DNA of 64,000 nt from an uncultured Bacteroidales bacterium. GTDB lineage: Bacteria; Bacteroidota; Bacteroidia; Bacteroidales; VadinHA17. Location: NCBI GenBank assembly GCA_963741935.1, contig CAVUJY010000009.1, positions 18,466 to 82,465 of the forward strand, given 5' to 3'. Positions 1 to 10,606 of this stretch are shown piece by piece (position 1 is the first letter of the stretch; the number at the start of each line of letters is the position of its first letter). The position numbers and the translations under genes are program-made. Under the pieces are notes generated by a model. It ran no database searches and was not told where the DNA came from. It saw nothing but the letters and a program-made list of their open reading frames with translations.

Positions 1-930
1 GGCATGCTCTGTCGCATGTCCTACAGGTGCACTTAAGTTTGGTGAACTTGAGGAACAAGATGTGAAGAAGATCCCTGAATGGTTTCCTGATTCGAATCTT
101 AAACCATCGATAGTGTTCATTGGGGAGCAAAAATTTATGCCATTATCAATAATACCTGTCAAATCAGTAGAAACTGAACCAGGATTACCTGAAAAAGAAT
201 TAATTTCTAAGTCAATAGCAAGTGAATTGAGCCTGGTCGTATTTAGCTTTTTTACAACACTCTCTGTATCTGTTTTAATTTCTTCATTTGTAAGGGGTAT
301 ATTTCCAAAGGCTTATCTATTTATATCATTAATACTTGCAGCAGGTATAATATCCTTTTTTCATCTGGGAAGACCACTAAGGGCATGGAGAGTTATTTTT
401 AATGTTAAAAAGTCTCCGCTAAGCCGCGAAATAATATTTTTCGGACTATATTTTTTGATTTCATCTGTAACTGTAATCCTCAAAATTCCACTGTTGTTTG
501 GTTATATCCGTTATTATCGGTCTTATTTTAACAATATTTATTGATTCTGTTTATCTAAATGCCGACAAGCGTCGATTATCTGTATTCCATAGCGGGCAAT
601 GTTTTCTGACTGTCTTATTGATTTCTTCATTTCTTTCCTCAACAGTAGTTCCTTTTATCTTTATCGCTTTTATAAAGGTAGTTCTCTCCTTAAGGTTGAT
701 AATGTCTGGAAAAACTCACGGGATCGGTCTTGGTATCAGATTTTTGAGAATAGCCACTGCTTGTGGTAACAGGGATAAGTTTTATTACTGGTATCTCTTT
801 TATGGATCCGGTTCTGATTTCACTTTTCCTTACAGGAGAATTAATTGACAGAGTAATATATTATTTTGATTTTAATCCTGTTAATATTAAGAACACTATA
901 TACAATAATTTAATTGTAACGATTAAATGA
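1..930 (+). CDS. 4Fe-4S ferredoxin + DmsC/YnfH-like membrane anchor fusion (5' truncated by window, 2 frameshifts)
   Basis: Frame 2 from base 2 reads ACSVACPTGAL (ferredoxin CxxxCP) and continues into the 62..544 ORF with the DmsC motifs SFFHLGRPLRAWR and SPLSREI. The C-terminus GELIDRVIYYF ends at a TGA overlapping the next ATG. Confidence 0.7.
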
Positions 931-2099
931 AGCGAAAAGATATAAATAGCTCGCGTATGCCTGTTTACAGGGATGCCGGCTTTGAATTATATGATGCTGA
1001 AACCACTGCTGCATCTTTCCGTCAGGAAACGGAACATTTAAGAGAGCCTGACCATTACATATATTCCAGATACCGTAACCCAACAGTTGTTTCCGCGGAA
1101 GAAGAAATCATGAAGATAGAACAATGCGATTGGGCCTTACTAACCCAATCGGGCATGTCTGCTATCGATACTGCACTGTCAATCTTTCAGAGAGGAAAAA
1201 ATACCAGGCCGTGGTTATTCTTTACCGAAATATATGGAGGAACAATTTCATTTATTGAATCGATATTAAAAAACCGAAGAGGGCTTGACATTCAATATTA
1301 TACACCATCATCAGAAGATTACAACATGGTTGAGTTTGAGAAAGTGGTATCGGAATTGAAGCCGGAATTTGTGTATATAGAATCTATCTCAAACCCTATG
1401 CTTATTGTAGCTTCAGTAACAGAAATTATCAGCATTGCAAAAAAACATGGATCAAAAGTTATAATTGACAATACTTTTGCGACACCATTGTTATACAAGC
1501 CATTGGAAGAAGGAGCAGATATTGTAATTCATAGCGCAACTAAATATTTTTCAGGACATGGAAATCTTACTGCAGGTGTAATATGCGGAAATGACAAAGA
1601 AATTATGCAATCTGCCATTGAATACAGAAAATTTGTTGGACATATGCTCTCGCCTGATGATGCTTACCGACTGCAAACTCAGATTCAGTCTTTTGATCTT
1701 CGATTCTCAAGACAATGTGAGAATGCTCAAAAGCTGGCAGAATTACTTGACAACTCAAATGCAATCAGAAAAGTATGGTTTCCCGGACTTAAGGCACATC
1801 CGACCCATGAAATTGCTAAAAGGCTATTTAATGGCAGGGGATACGGTGCAATGATTACTTTCGATATTGACGGTAAGGACAAAGGACAAAAGAAATTTAA
1901 GAGGGATAAATTCATTCAACTGATTTCAGATAAGATAAAGCTTATTCCAACTTTAGGCGACCCGCATACAATTCTTATGCCGGTAGAAGCTGTGTGGGGA
2001 ACCAAATACCCTGAACCGGGTATGATAAGACTTTCAGTTGGATTTGAAGAATACAATGAGCTTGAGGATACTTTTACAAAGGCTCTAAGTAAAATCTAA
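927..2099 (+). CDS. PLP-dependent Cys/Met metabolism enzyme (cystathionine gamma-lyase/methionine gamma-lyase family)
   Basis: YSRYRNPT, SGMSAI, DNTFATP, HSATKYFSGHG (PLP lysine), IRLSVGFE motifs. Confidence 0.9.
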   Translation: MKRKDINSSRMPVYRDAGFELYDAETTAASFRQETEHLREPDHYIYSRYRNPTVVSAEEEIMKIEQCDWALLTQSGMSAIDTALSIFQRGKNTRPWLFFTEIYGGTISFIESILKNRRGLDIQYYTPSSEDYNMVEFEKVVSELKPEFVYIESISNPMLIVASVTEIISIAKKHGSKVIIDNTFATPLLYKPLEEGADIVIHSATKYFSGHGNLTAGVICGNDKEIMQSAIEYRKFVGHMLSPDDAYRLQTQIQSFDLRFSRQCENAQKLAELLDNSNAIRKVWFPGLKAHPTHEIAKRLFNGRGYGAMITFDIDGKDKGQKKFKRDKFIQLISDKIKLIPTLGDPHTILMPVEAVWGTKYPEPGMIRLSVGFEEYNELEDTFTKALSKI

Positions 2100-2131
2100 G
2101 TACAGAAATAAGACTCATTATATAGTAGGTA

Positions 2132-2797
2132 TCAGGCCCAGTCAATCGGTGATACTCCATTTTTTAATAGGTACTCATTACACTTGCTGAAATGTTTATT
2201 TCCAAAAAAACCTCTTGATGCTGACAGGGGGGAAGGATGAACTGATTCGAGCACCAAATGTTTTGACCTGTCAATTGCTTCACCTTTTTTCTGAGCATAT
2301 GCTCCCCAAAGAAAAAATACAATATTATTCTTTTCTTTATTAATGACTTGTATTACACTATCTGTAAACTCTTCCCAGCCTTTTTTCTGATGAGAAGCTG
2401 CCTGATGTGCCCTTACCGTTAAAGTGGCATTTAAAAGTAAAACTCCCTGAGATGCCCATCTCTCGAGGTTTCCGGACTCTGGTCTGCTTAATCCCAGATC
2501 TCTGTTGATTTCTTTAAAAATATTAATCAGACTGGGAGGGAACTTAATCCCTTGTTTGACTGAAAAGCATAAGCCGTGTGCCTGATCCGGACCATGATAT
2601 GGATCCTGACCAATTATGACTGCTTTGACTTTATCAAACGGACATAAGTTGAAAGCATTAAAAATAAGATTCCCGGGAGGATAAATTGTATTACTTCTAT
2701 ACTCAGATCTTATGTAATCGGTAAGCTTCAAAAAATAGTCCTTTTCAAATTCCGCATGAAGTCTCGATTTCCAGGAAGTCTCTATATTAACATCCAT
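2132..2797 (-). CDS. ung: uracil-DNA glycosylase
   Basis: GQDPYH and HPSPLS catalytic motifs. Confidence 0.97.
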   Translation of the reverse strand: MDVNIETSWKSRLHAEFEKDYFLKLTDYIRSEYRSNTIYPPGNLIFNAFNLCPFDKVKAVIIGQDPYHGPDQAHGLCFSVKQGIKFPPSLINIFKEINRDLGLSRPESGNLERWASQGVLLLNATLTVRAHQAASHQKKGWEEFTDSVIQVINKEKNNIVFFLWGAYAQKKGEAIDRSKHLVLESVHPSPLSASRGFFGNKHFSKCNEYLLKNGVSPIDWA

Positions 2798-2861
2798 CTT
2801 TATAAATATTTTTAAATTATAAGAATTATCTGCAAAAATAGTAAAACTTATAGTGTATTTA

Positions 2862-2898
2862 ACAAAACAGGTTACCGGTTGGTAACCGGTAACCTGTT
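2862..2898 (-). terminator. intrinsic terminator
   Basis: Perfect 15-bp inverted repeat AACAGGTTACCGGTT (2866-2880) / AACCGGTAACCTGTT (2884-2898), followed by a U-rich tract on the minus strand. Confidence 0.75.
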
Positions 2899-2995
2899 AC
2901 ACAATATCACCCTCACACCTAAACTAAAACTAAAACTAATCCACCAATCAGAAACATGTGATCGATTTAAAATATATAGTGCATTTTAAATCATC
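2862..2995 (-). ncRNA. candidate ~130-nt small RNA
   Basis: Minus-strand Bacteroidota -7 box TACATTTG (3000-3007), a 5' hairpin (2964-2992), a GU-rich single-stranded stretch and a strong terminator. No ORF in the ORF track lies between them. Confidence 0.45.
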
Positions 2996-3206
2996 ATAGC
3001 AAATGTATAATAAATACATCATATTAGCTAATATATATCATGAAAATATGAGTTATATTTACATTTATTAAATTTGTAAATAACTAATATTATAATGTGA
3101 GAATACGATTTATATAATTTCTAATTATCTAAAAACTTTAATAAAGTTGTTAAACCAGCCAGTCGTGCTATCTCATTCCCGATAAATCTTAACTTTGAAA
3201 ATAAAA

Positions 3207-3656
3207 ATGGCAAAAGAGACGGAAAGAAAGTTTCTGGTAAAAGGTGAATTCAGACATCTTGCGATAAAGAAGATAAGGATTACACAGACATATATCTCAA
3301 CAGATGCGGAAAAAACCATAAGATTAAGGATTGCAGATGGTGGTGCATTTCTGACAATTAAAAGCAAGATAAATGATGAAACCATTTCACGTAATGAATG
3401 GGAGTATCCTATTCCACTTTCAGATGCTAAGGAGATGATGAAAATTTGTTTACCTGGGAGAATTACGAAAACCAGATATCTTGTTCCAGTAGTTACACAC
3501 ACTTTTGAAGTGGATGTATTTCATGGTAAGAATAAAGGACTTATTATTGCAGAGATAGAGCTTGACTCTGAGAATGAGTCATTTGACAGACCTGAATGGC
3601 TGGGTGAAGAAGTAACAGGTAACCCCGGTTATTATAATGCAAATCTTATCGGGTAA
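3207..3656 (+). CDS. CYTH domain protein (inorganic triphosphatase-like)
   Basis: N-terminal ETERKFLV (ExExK), AFLTIK, EWEYPIP, AEIEL. The TAACTTTG promoter box at 3190-3197 supports the ATG at 3207. Confidence 0.9.
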   Translation: MAKETERKFLVKGEFRHLAIKKIRITQTYISTDAEKTIRLRIADGGAFLTIKSKINDETISRNEWEYPIPLSDAKEMMKICLPGRITKTRYLVPVVTHTFEVDVFHGKNKGLIIAEIELDSENESFDRPEWLGEEVTGNPGYYNANLIG

Positions 3657-3703
3657 GTATTGGAAATTACAAATTACACATCGTCTCCACATTCTCCGGA
3701 ATG

Positions 3704-4668
3704 TTATCGGTTCATATCATCAATAATACGTTTCAGAACCTCTATAAATGGATATCCGGCTTTAATAGTTGCAGCAACAAATCCGCTATCAGGGGATATA
3801 CATGGATTTGCATTTATTTCAATTACATAAACATTATTTTCACTATCAGTCCTTACATCGACCCTGGCATAACCCTTCAACCCAAATAATTTCCAGCAAT
3901 CCAGTGCGGCGTCAGTAAGGTTTTTGAACAGATTTTCTGTACGTTTTAATTCGGGAAATTCTCTGACGGTATTTATATATTCAAAGCTGTCTGTTTCCCA
4001 TTTTGCTTTGAAATCCACAATTCGAGGCCTTTTTTCATCGTAATTTTTGAAAACAATTTCAGCCGGAGGTAAAACTTCAGGACCACTATCACCTGCAAGA
4101 ATGCTGATATTAAACTCCCTGCCATCTATGAAATCCTCAATGAACCAATGAGAGTCATCAAGATTCCGTAGTTTTTCCTCAAAACCTGGTTTACATTCAA
4201 ATACTGATTCCCCTGTAATGCCCAGTGATCCATCTTCCCAGATTGGTTTGACTATATATTTTCTTCCGGGAACAAGCTTGCCAGACTCAGACGGTAAATA
4301 AGATAGAAGGATTTCTGATTCCGGCATTTTTCAGGTATTTTCCGGTAAGTGTTTTATTGCTGGTCAGAAAAATCGCTTCAAGAGGATTACCTGCATATGG
4401 AATTGAATACATATTAAGAAGTGCCGGAACAAAATAATTTAGTTCTCCTTTATTATTTATCGATTCTACAAGGTTGAATACAAAATCAGGTTTTTCGGTC
4501 GCCAGAATTTTTATCTCATCCATAAACCGATCTGTGATACCTCTTCTGTATACTTCGAATACCTAAGATTCTGAGGTGATCTTCAATATGAATTACCTGA
4601 TCAATAACATCCAGTTCATCAGCCAGAGCATTAATGCCCGGCTCATTATATATAATACAACATCTCAT
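3704..4668 (-). CDS. D-Ala-D-Ala ligase-like ATP-grasp protein 2 (frameshifted)
   Basis: MRCCIIYNEP...DELDV start, FVFNLVES, IVKPIWEDGSLGI, GREFN, YARVDVR, EINANPCI. Confidence 0.85.
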
Positions 4669-4711
4669 TGTATAAGAATATTAAAGAAATCAGATTATTT
4701 AATAAGATGAT

Positions 4712-5681
4712 TCACTTCCTGATTCGTTTTAAAGCAGCATCTATTATCATTTCCATAAGTGTCTGGTATTCAATGCCGTACATTCTTGAGAGAATTGGAA
4801 GATCAGAATGGATCGGATTAAGTCCTGCCAGTGGATTTGCTTCAATGAAACATATCTTTCCTGTGCGATCAGCTTTTACATCAACTCTTCCCGCATCAAC
4901 TGCATCTAATGCCTTCCATGCATTTAAAGCAACAGATTTGCATTCTTCGCTTATATCGGGATCCAGTGGTTTATAACTGCAATAATCCTGATAGTTTTCT
5001 TTTACTTCAACAGAATAGGGGAGATTATTAGCACAGATTACCTCCATACCTCCAATTGCTTTTGCATCCTCCCCGTAACCAACAATACCTACAGTAAACT
5101 CTCTTCCCGGAAGATATTCCTCGACAAGAGCAGGTTGTTTAAACTCAGTTAAAATCCATTCAGCAATAAGCTTTAATTCTTCTGGTGTATGTACAAGACT
5201 TTTCTCCGTAATACCTTTACCGGTACCCTCAGAAACAGGTTTAACAAACAGAGGATAAGTCAGATTCATGTTATCCATATCAGTTATCTGAGTAATCAGA
5301 TAACCAGGACTGACTGGTACCCCTTTTGATGCAACTATCAACTTAGCTATATGTTTATTAAGCGACAGTCCCATAATAATTGGCCCGCTGAAAACATAAG
5401 GTATCTTATACTGATCAAGTAATAGCAGGTACAACAGACTCCCTTCCGTCGCCATATAATCCTTCTGCTATATTGAATATCAGGTCCCACCTTTTTCCTG
5501 AAGACAGGGCTTCAATAAGCTGAAAAATATTTCCAATAAGTTCAGTCTGATGTCCCATCAATTCTAATGAGTTTGCCAGAGCATCTACTGTTTCCTGCTT
5601 ATCGAACTCGGCAGTTTCATCCATGGAATACCCGCGGTCAATATACCATGACCGCAGGTCATACGTTAAACCAATTTTCAT
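4712..5681 (-). CDS. D-Ala-D-Ala ligase-like ATP-grasp protein 1 (frameshifted)
   Basis: MKIGLTYDLR...AEFD, FNIAEG, FVKPVSEGTGKGI, GREFTVG, GRVDVK, EANPLAGL. Confidence 0.85.
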
Positions 5682-5690
5682 ATTATAATC

Positions 5691-6934
5691 CTATTTTTCA
5701 GGATATTCGCACAAGACACCTTTATAATTACGCAATACAATATGTTCGGAATTATGTTCTACAACATAATTCGGTAAGCAAAGGAATTTTTCCGCCACCA
5801 CCAGGAGCATCAACAACAAATGTCGGTACAGCATAACCACTGGTAAAACCTCTGAGTCCTTTAATTATCTCAAGACCCTTTTTAACGGTAGTTCTGAAAT
5901 GTCCTGAACCAGGTATAAGGTCGCATTGATATAAATAATATGGTCTTACCCTTATCATAAGCAATTTATGCATAAGCTCCTTCATGGTTGGGATATTATC
6001 ATTTATCCCTTTCAGAAGGACAGTCTGACTACCAAGAGGAAATCCGCCATCAGCCAGCTTGGTGCATGCTGTTGCGCATTCTTTGGTTATCTCAGCAGGA
6101 TGTGAAAAGTGCAGGCTTAAAAACAGAGGATGATATTTTCGTAGAATGTTTATCAGATTATCAGTAATTCGCTGAGGGAGAACAACAGGCACCCTGGTTC
6201 CGATTCTTATTATTTCAACATGTTCAATTTTCCTGATATTAGACAGAATATAATCAAGAGTCTCATCAGTTAATGTAAGAGGATCACCTCCACTGATAAG
6301 GACATCTCTGACCTCTTTGTGAGTTAGCAATATAATTAAATGCTTTTTCGTAATCCTGTCTGCCTAGCTTATCAAGACGGCCTACAGAATGTGATCGGGT
6401 ACAATACCTGCAATAATTCGAACAAACCTGTGTCACAGTAAACAAAACTCTGTCAGGATATCGGTGTACAATTCCTTTTACAGGAGAAAAAGATTTCTCA
6501 TGTAGCGGATCCGATTGTTCACTGCTGCTTTCCAGTAATTCTTCTACTACAGGAATAACATTTCTTCGCAGTGGATGCGAAGTTTTACTGTCGTAAATCA
6601 ATGAAGCAAAATAAGGAGTTATCCGTAATGGTAACCGGCCTTTGAGATTATTAATTGCCATAATCTCCTTTTCAGATAGTTTCATGATTTTCTTCAGATC
6701 ATCGATACTGGTGATAGTATTTCTTAATTGCCATTTCCAATCATTCCAGGAATCGATAGTTGTTAGGGGGAAGTAACGGTGCATAAACTCCGAACTTCGG
6801 TTGCTAACTAACTTGTTTGGGATTTCGTTTTGCGAAAAAAACTTGGTCTTCGCGCCAGGCTCTTCATCAGAAGAGCAACCCACGAGGCGACTCTCTCCAT
6901 GGAGTGTCGTAGCCTCATTATTGTTAGCATTCAT
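5691..6934 (-). CDS. KamA family radical SAM lysine 2,3-aminomutase-like protein (frameshifted)
   Basis: [42 protein letters not shown] (PLP lysine). The C-terminus LRNYKG...YPEK ends at TAG 5691 after a frameshift. Confidence 0.9.
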
Positions 6935-7550
6935 AACAGATGATGATAAATTTTCATCTTTTCTTTTTAATTGATTTTCTTTAAAATTATTATATGGTTA
7001 ACTAAATTAATTTAGGTACGAAAGTAGATAAAGTATAAATACAATGTACCACTCATTGAACAAGAAATATTAACAGATGCAGTTATTTTATTAACACAGC
7101 ATATTCCAGATATATTGAAAAATACAGCTAACAGCCAGTATAACGTGCATTATATATTTAATTTTAATCAGGCATTTAAAGTTTGAAATTCGACTGCTTT
7201 TATTAACTATTTTATCTGAAAAAAGATGAATAATAATGGCAAATTGTAACTTTATATAATTCTTCAAATACGCGAGATCATCAAAAAAATTTAAATTGAA
7301 AGGTGAATGGCATATTTTATACAATTTCTCTGACTGATTTTGTATTCTTTTGTTTGCAATAGCAATTCTTTTATTCGTTATGTTATATCGATATCATAAC
7401 ATATTTCCTGGCTTTTTGAATTTACTGATTTGTATTATGTTAACACATGGTAATTTTAAATAATTGAGATACTTTAGCAGTTTTGTTTTAAAAACTGGAC
7501 CAGCATAATAATTTTCTAAGATAACCCCTCTATTCTAAATCACGCTAGGA

Positions 7551-8993
7551 ATGTTCCGTGGAACCAGATTATATGAGCCTGTGAGAAAGTTAAAACTGAT
7601 ATTTTCTGATATTGCTGATGCAGTTTCAGATACGGATCAGGATTATACAGAAGGCAGATTAAGTCGTGCAATTCTTTTGCTGTCGATACCGGCGGTGCTT
7701 GAAATGATAATGGAATCAGTATTTGTAATTGCCGACATATACTTCGTTTCAAAGCTTGGAGCTGATGCGGTTGCTACAGTTGGTATCACAGAGTCGATGG
7801 TAACGATATTCTATGCCATAGCAGTCGGACTTGGTACTGCGACTACATCTATGGTTTCACGCAGGATTGGGGAAAAACATCCGGGTGCGGCTTCCAAAAC
7901 CGCTTTTCAGGCAATACTTACCGGCCTCATTATATCTTTTATTATAGGTATCCCTGGCGCTCTGTTTGCAAAAAAACTACTTGGTTTAATGGGAGCATCA
8001 CAAATAATTATTCAGGACATGTCAGGATATACCAGGATAATGCTTGGTGGTAATGTAGTAATTATGATGCTTTTCATTATTAATGCTATTTTCAGAAGTG
8101 CCGGTGATGCAGTTGTTGCAATGAAAGTACTATGGATAGGTAATATTCTGAATATAATATTAGATCCGTGCTTTATTTTCGGACTTGGACCTTTCCCTGA
8201 AATGGGGGTTACCGGAGCTGCCGTAGCTACTACTATTGGGAGAGGAACTGCCGTATTGGTGCAATTTTACCTTCTGTTTTTTGGCAAAAAGCGGATCATC
8301 CTAAAATGGAAAGAGTTAAGTGTTGATATTGGTATAATGCTTAAACTGATTAGACTATCATTTGGAACAATTGGACAGAACCTTATTGGTACATCAAGCT
8401 GGATTGCTCTGGTGCGAATTATATCAATTTTCGGCAGTGAAGTCGTAGCCGGTTATACAATTGCCATACGGATAGTCTTTTTTACTCTTTTGCCATCATG
8501 GGGATTAAGTAATGCTTCTTCCACATTAGTAGGACAAAACCTGGGAGCAAAGAAGCCCGACAGGGCGGAGAAATCAGTCTGGGTTACAGGAGTGGTAAAC
8601 ATGATACTGCTGGGATTAATAGGAATTATACTTTTTATTTTACCAGATACATTCATCCGTCTTTTTATAGACAATGAAAATGTGATTAGATCAGGAGTTC
8701 TGGGACTTAGGATTATTAGTATCGGATATATTGCATATGGACTGGGAATGGTACTTGTAAATTCTTTTAATGGGGCAGGAGATACTTCAACACCTTTGAA
8801 GATCAATGTTTTTGCATTCTGGCTCGTTGAAATTCCGCTTGCATGGCTGCTTTCAATAAAAGCAGAATTACATGAATCCGGTGTATTTATAGCAATAGTT
8901 GTAGCAGAAACACTTATGACTGTTATTGCATTAATAGTATTCCGAAGAGGGAAGTGGAAAAATAAGAAAGTTCTAGAAGTGAATCAGACATAA
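7551..8993 (+). CDS. MATE family efflux transporter
   Basis: Highly hydrophobic. LGADAVATVG, NIILDPCFIFGLGPFPEMGVTGAAVAT and GQNLGA motifs. Confidence 0.93.
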   Translation: MFRGTRLYEPVRKLKLIFSDIADAVSDTDQDYTEGRLSRAILLLSIPAVLEMIMESVFVIADIYFVSKLGADAVATVGITESMVTIFYAIAVGLGTATTSMVSRRIGEKHPGAASKTAFQAILTGLIISFIIGIPGALFAKKLLGLMGASQIIIQDMSGYTRIMLGGNVVIMMLFIINAIFRSAGDAVVAMKVLWIGNILNIILDPCFIFGLGPFPEMGVTGAAVATTIGRGTAVLVQFYLLFFGKKRIILKWKELSVDIGIMLKLIRLSFGTIGQNLIGTSSWIALVRIISIFGSEVVAGYTIAIRIVFFTLLPSWGLSNASSTLVGQNLGAKKPDRAEKSVWVTGVVNMILLGLIGIILFILPDTFIRLFIDNENVIRSGVLGLRIISIGYIAYGLGMVLVNSFNGAGDTSTPLKINVFAFWLVEIPLAWLLSIKAELHESGVFIAIVVAETLMTVIALIVFRRGKWKNKKVLEVNQT

Positions 8994-9082
8994 GGCTAAC
9001 TGTAAAGTACAGAAGTGTTTGATTTATAATAACTTTTCAGGGGTAGGAGAAATATAAAGATTCAATATGTAATAACTATATT

Positions 9083-9512
9083 TCAGTTCTCCATTGTATC
9101 ACCACTGTCTTTTCTCATTTTTTTTATTGACTCCCCGATTCCGTTTTACTTCAAGTCTTTTTATTTTTGAAGAGAAAGTCGGCTTTGTTGACATTCTTCT
9201 AATTGGTAGTGTAAGTGCTTTTGAAACAAGATCATAGAATTTTTTTGTGACCTCAAATTTATTTAGCAGTTGTGTCCTTTCTGATTGAGAGATGAGAATC
9301 AGTTCACCTTCATTATTAATCTTATTTTTAAGCTTTTTAAAGATTATTCCTTCTCTCGATCAGAAAAAGCATCTGAAAGAGTAATATTTATCCTTAATTC
9401 TACTTTAGTACTTAATTTGTTAACATTCTGACCACCCGGACCTCCGCTTCTGGATGCAGAGATAGATAAATTCCTTTTCAGGATTTCTGGATTTTAATTC
9501 TTCCGGGCTCAT
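9083..9512 (-). CDS. arfB: alternative ribosome rescue peptidyl-tRNA hydrolase ArfB (frameshifted, absent from ORF track)
   Basis: Minus strand reads SASRSGGPGGQNVNKLSTKVELR (GGQ motif), followed by a basic C-terminal tail. Confidence 0.88.
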
Positions 9513-9529
9513 AACTGATTAAGATTAAA

Positions 9530-10433
9530 CTAAAGAAAAAAGAGTGCGACACCTCCAACACTTACAAAAGCTCCGATAATTTCAGGAATAGTTACTTTCT
9601 GTTTGTAAAGATATAACAGCCGGAAGTATAATAAATACAGGAACAAGTGCCATAATTGTTGAAGCTATCCCTGCTTCAGTATATTTAACTGCAATAAGAG
9701 AAAAGGAAACTCCCAGAAATGGTCCGAAAAAGGCTCCTATACTTGTTAAAATCATACCTTCCCTGTTTTTGGTAGCAACTGACACACTTCTCCATCTGGC
9801 AAGAACGGTAACAAGAAGTGTATAACCTGCAATGCCTGCAATAATTCTGATTTGTGTTGCCGCAAAGGGATCATAGTCCCTTAAGCCATACTTGCTGAGA
9901 ACAAGTCCCAGTGCCTGTCCTACAGCACCTCCAAATGCATAAAGTATTCCTCTTGGGGCAAGTTTAAGCGAGAGCTTTTCTCCCTTTCCGCTTCTGCTGA
10001 ATATCGCCATGGCTATTCCGGAAAATGTCAGTGTCATGCCAAGATAATGGAAGAGAGTAAGACGTTCACCAAGAATAATAAAGCTGAATAAAGCCGTGAT
10101 TGGGGGAACAAGAGTCATTATAAGCATCGAGAACCTCGATCCGATCATTGTATACGACTTAAAAAGGAAGAGATCGCCGAAAACAAAGCCTATCAGTCCG
10201 GATAATGAAAGCCAAATCCAGTTTTCTGCACTGGCATCAATGGGCAGAACCATTCCACGCTGGATAAAAGTAAAGACACTGAGAAATGCAAAACCCACAA
10301 ATAGTCTTATAATGTTTACTGCTACCGATCCTATCTTGTGACTGGCTGATTCAAATGAAAGAGATGTTACAGTCCAGAATATTGCTGTAAGCAGTGCGGC
10401 AAACTCGCCCAGATGGCTATCAAAAAAACTCAT
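9530..10433 (-). CDS. DMT/EamA family transporter (3' frameshift)
   Basis: Two EamA repeats, GEFAALLTAIFW, GDLFLF, ILGERL. The true C-terminus EIIGAFVSVGGVALFFL ends at 9530. Confidence 0.88.
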
Positions 10434-10524
10434 TTTATAAAAATTCAAAATATTAATGTGGAATATCTCTGAAGCCGGTAAAATTATAACTATTTAAGAT
10501 AAATTAGAACGGATATATAAACAA

Positions 10525-10558
10525 ACAAAATAACCCGCAACTTAGGTTACGGGTTATT
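10525..10558 (-). terminator. intrinsic terminator downstream of GH78
   Basis: AATAACCCGTAAC-loop-GTTGCGGGTTATT then TTGTTTGT on the minus strand. Confidence 0.75.
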
Positions 10559-10606
10559 GATAATGTGTTCATTACGGACTTCAGTGAGTACTAATTTATA
10601 TTCGTA

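Noticed and set aside
3704-5681. Canonical ddl / van resistance ligases
   Set aside because: They lack the Ddl N-terminal signature and there are no dcw or van neighbours.
6935-7550. ORF 7091..7324 in an AT-rich spacer, and the many antisense/shadow ORFs in the track
   Set aside because: They have no motifs, and they are either low-complexity AT-rich or fully overlap well-supported genes.
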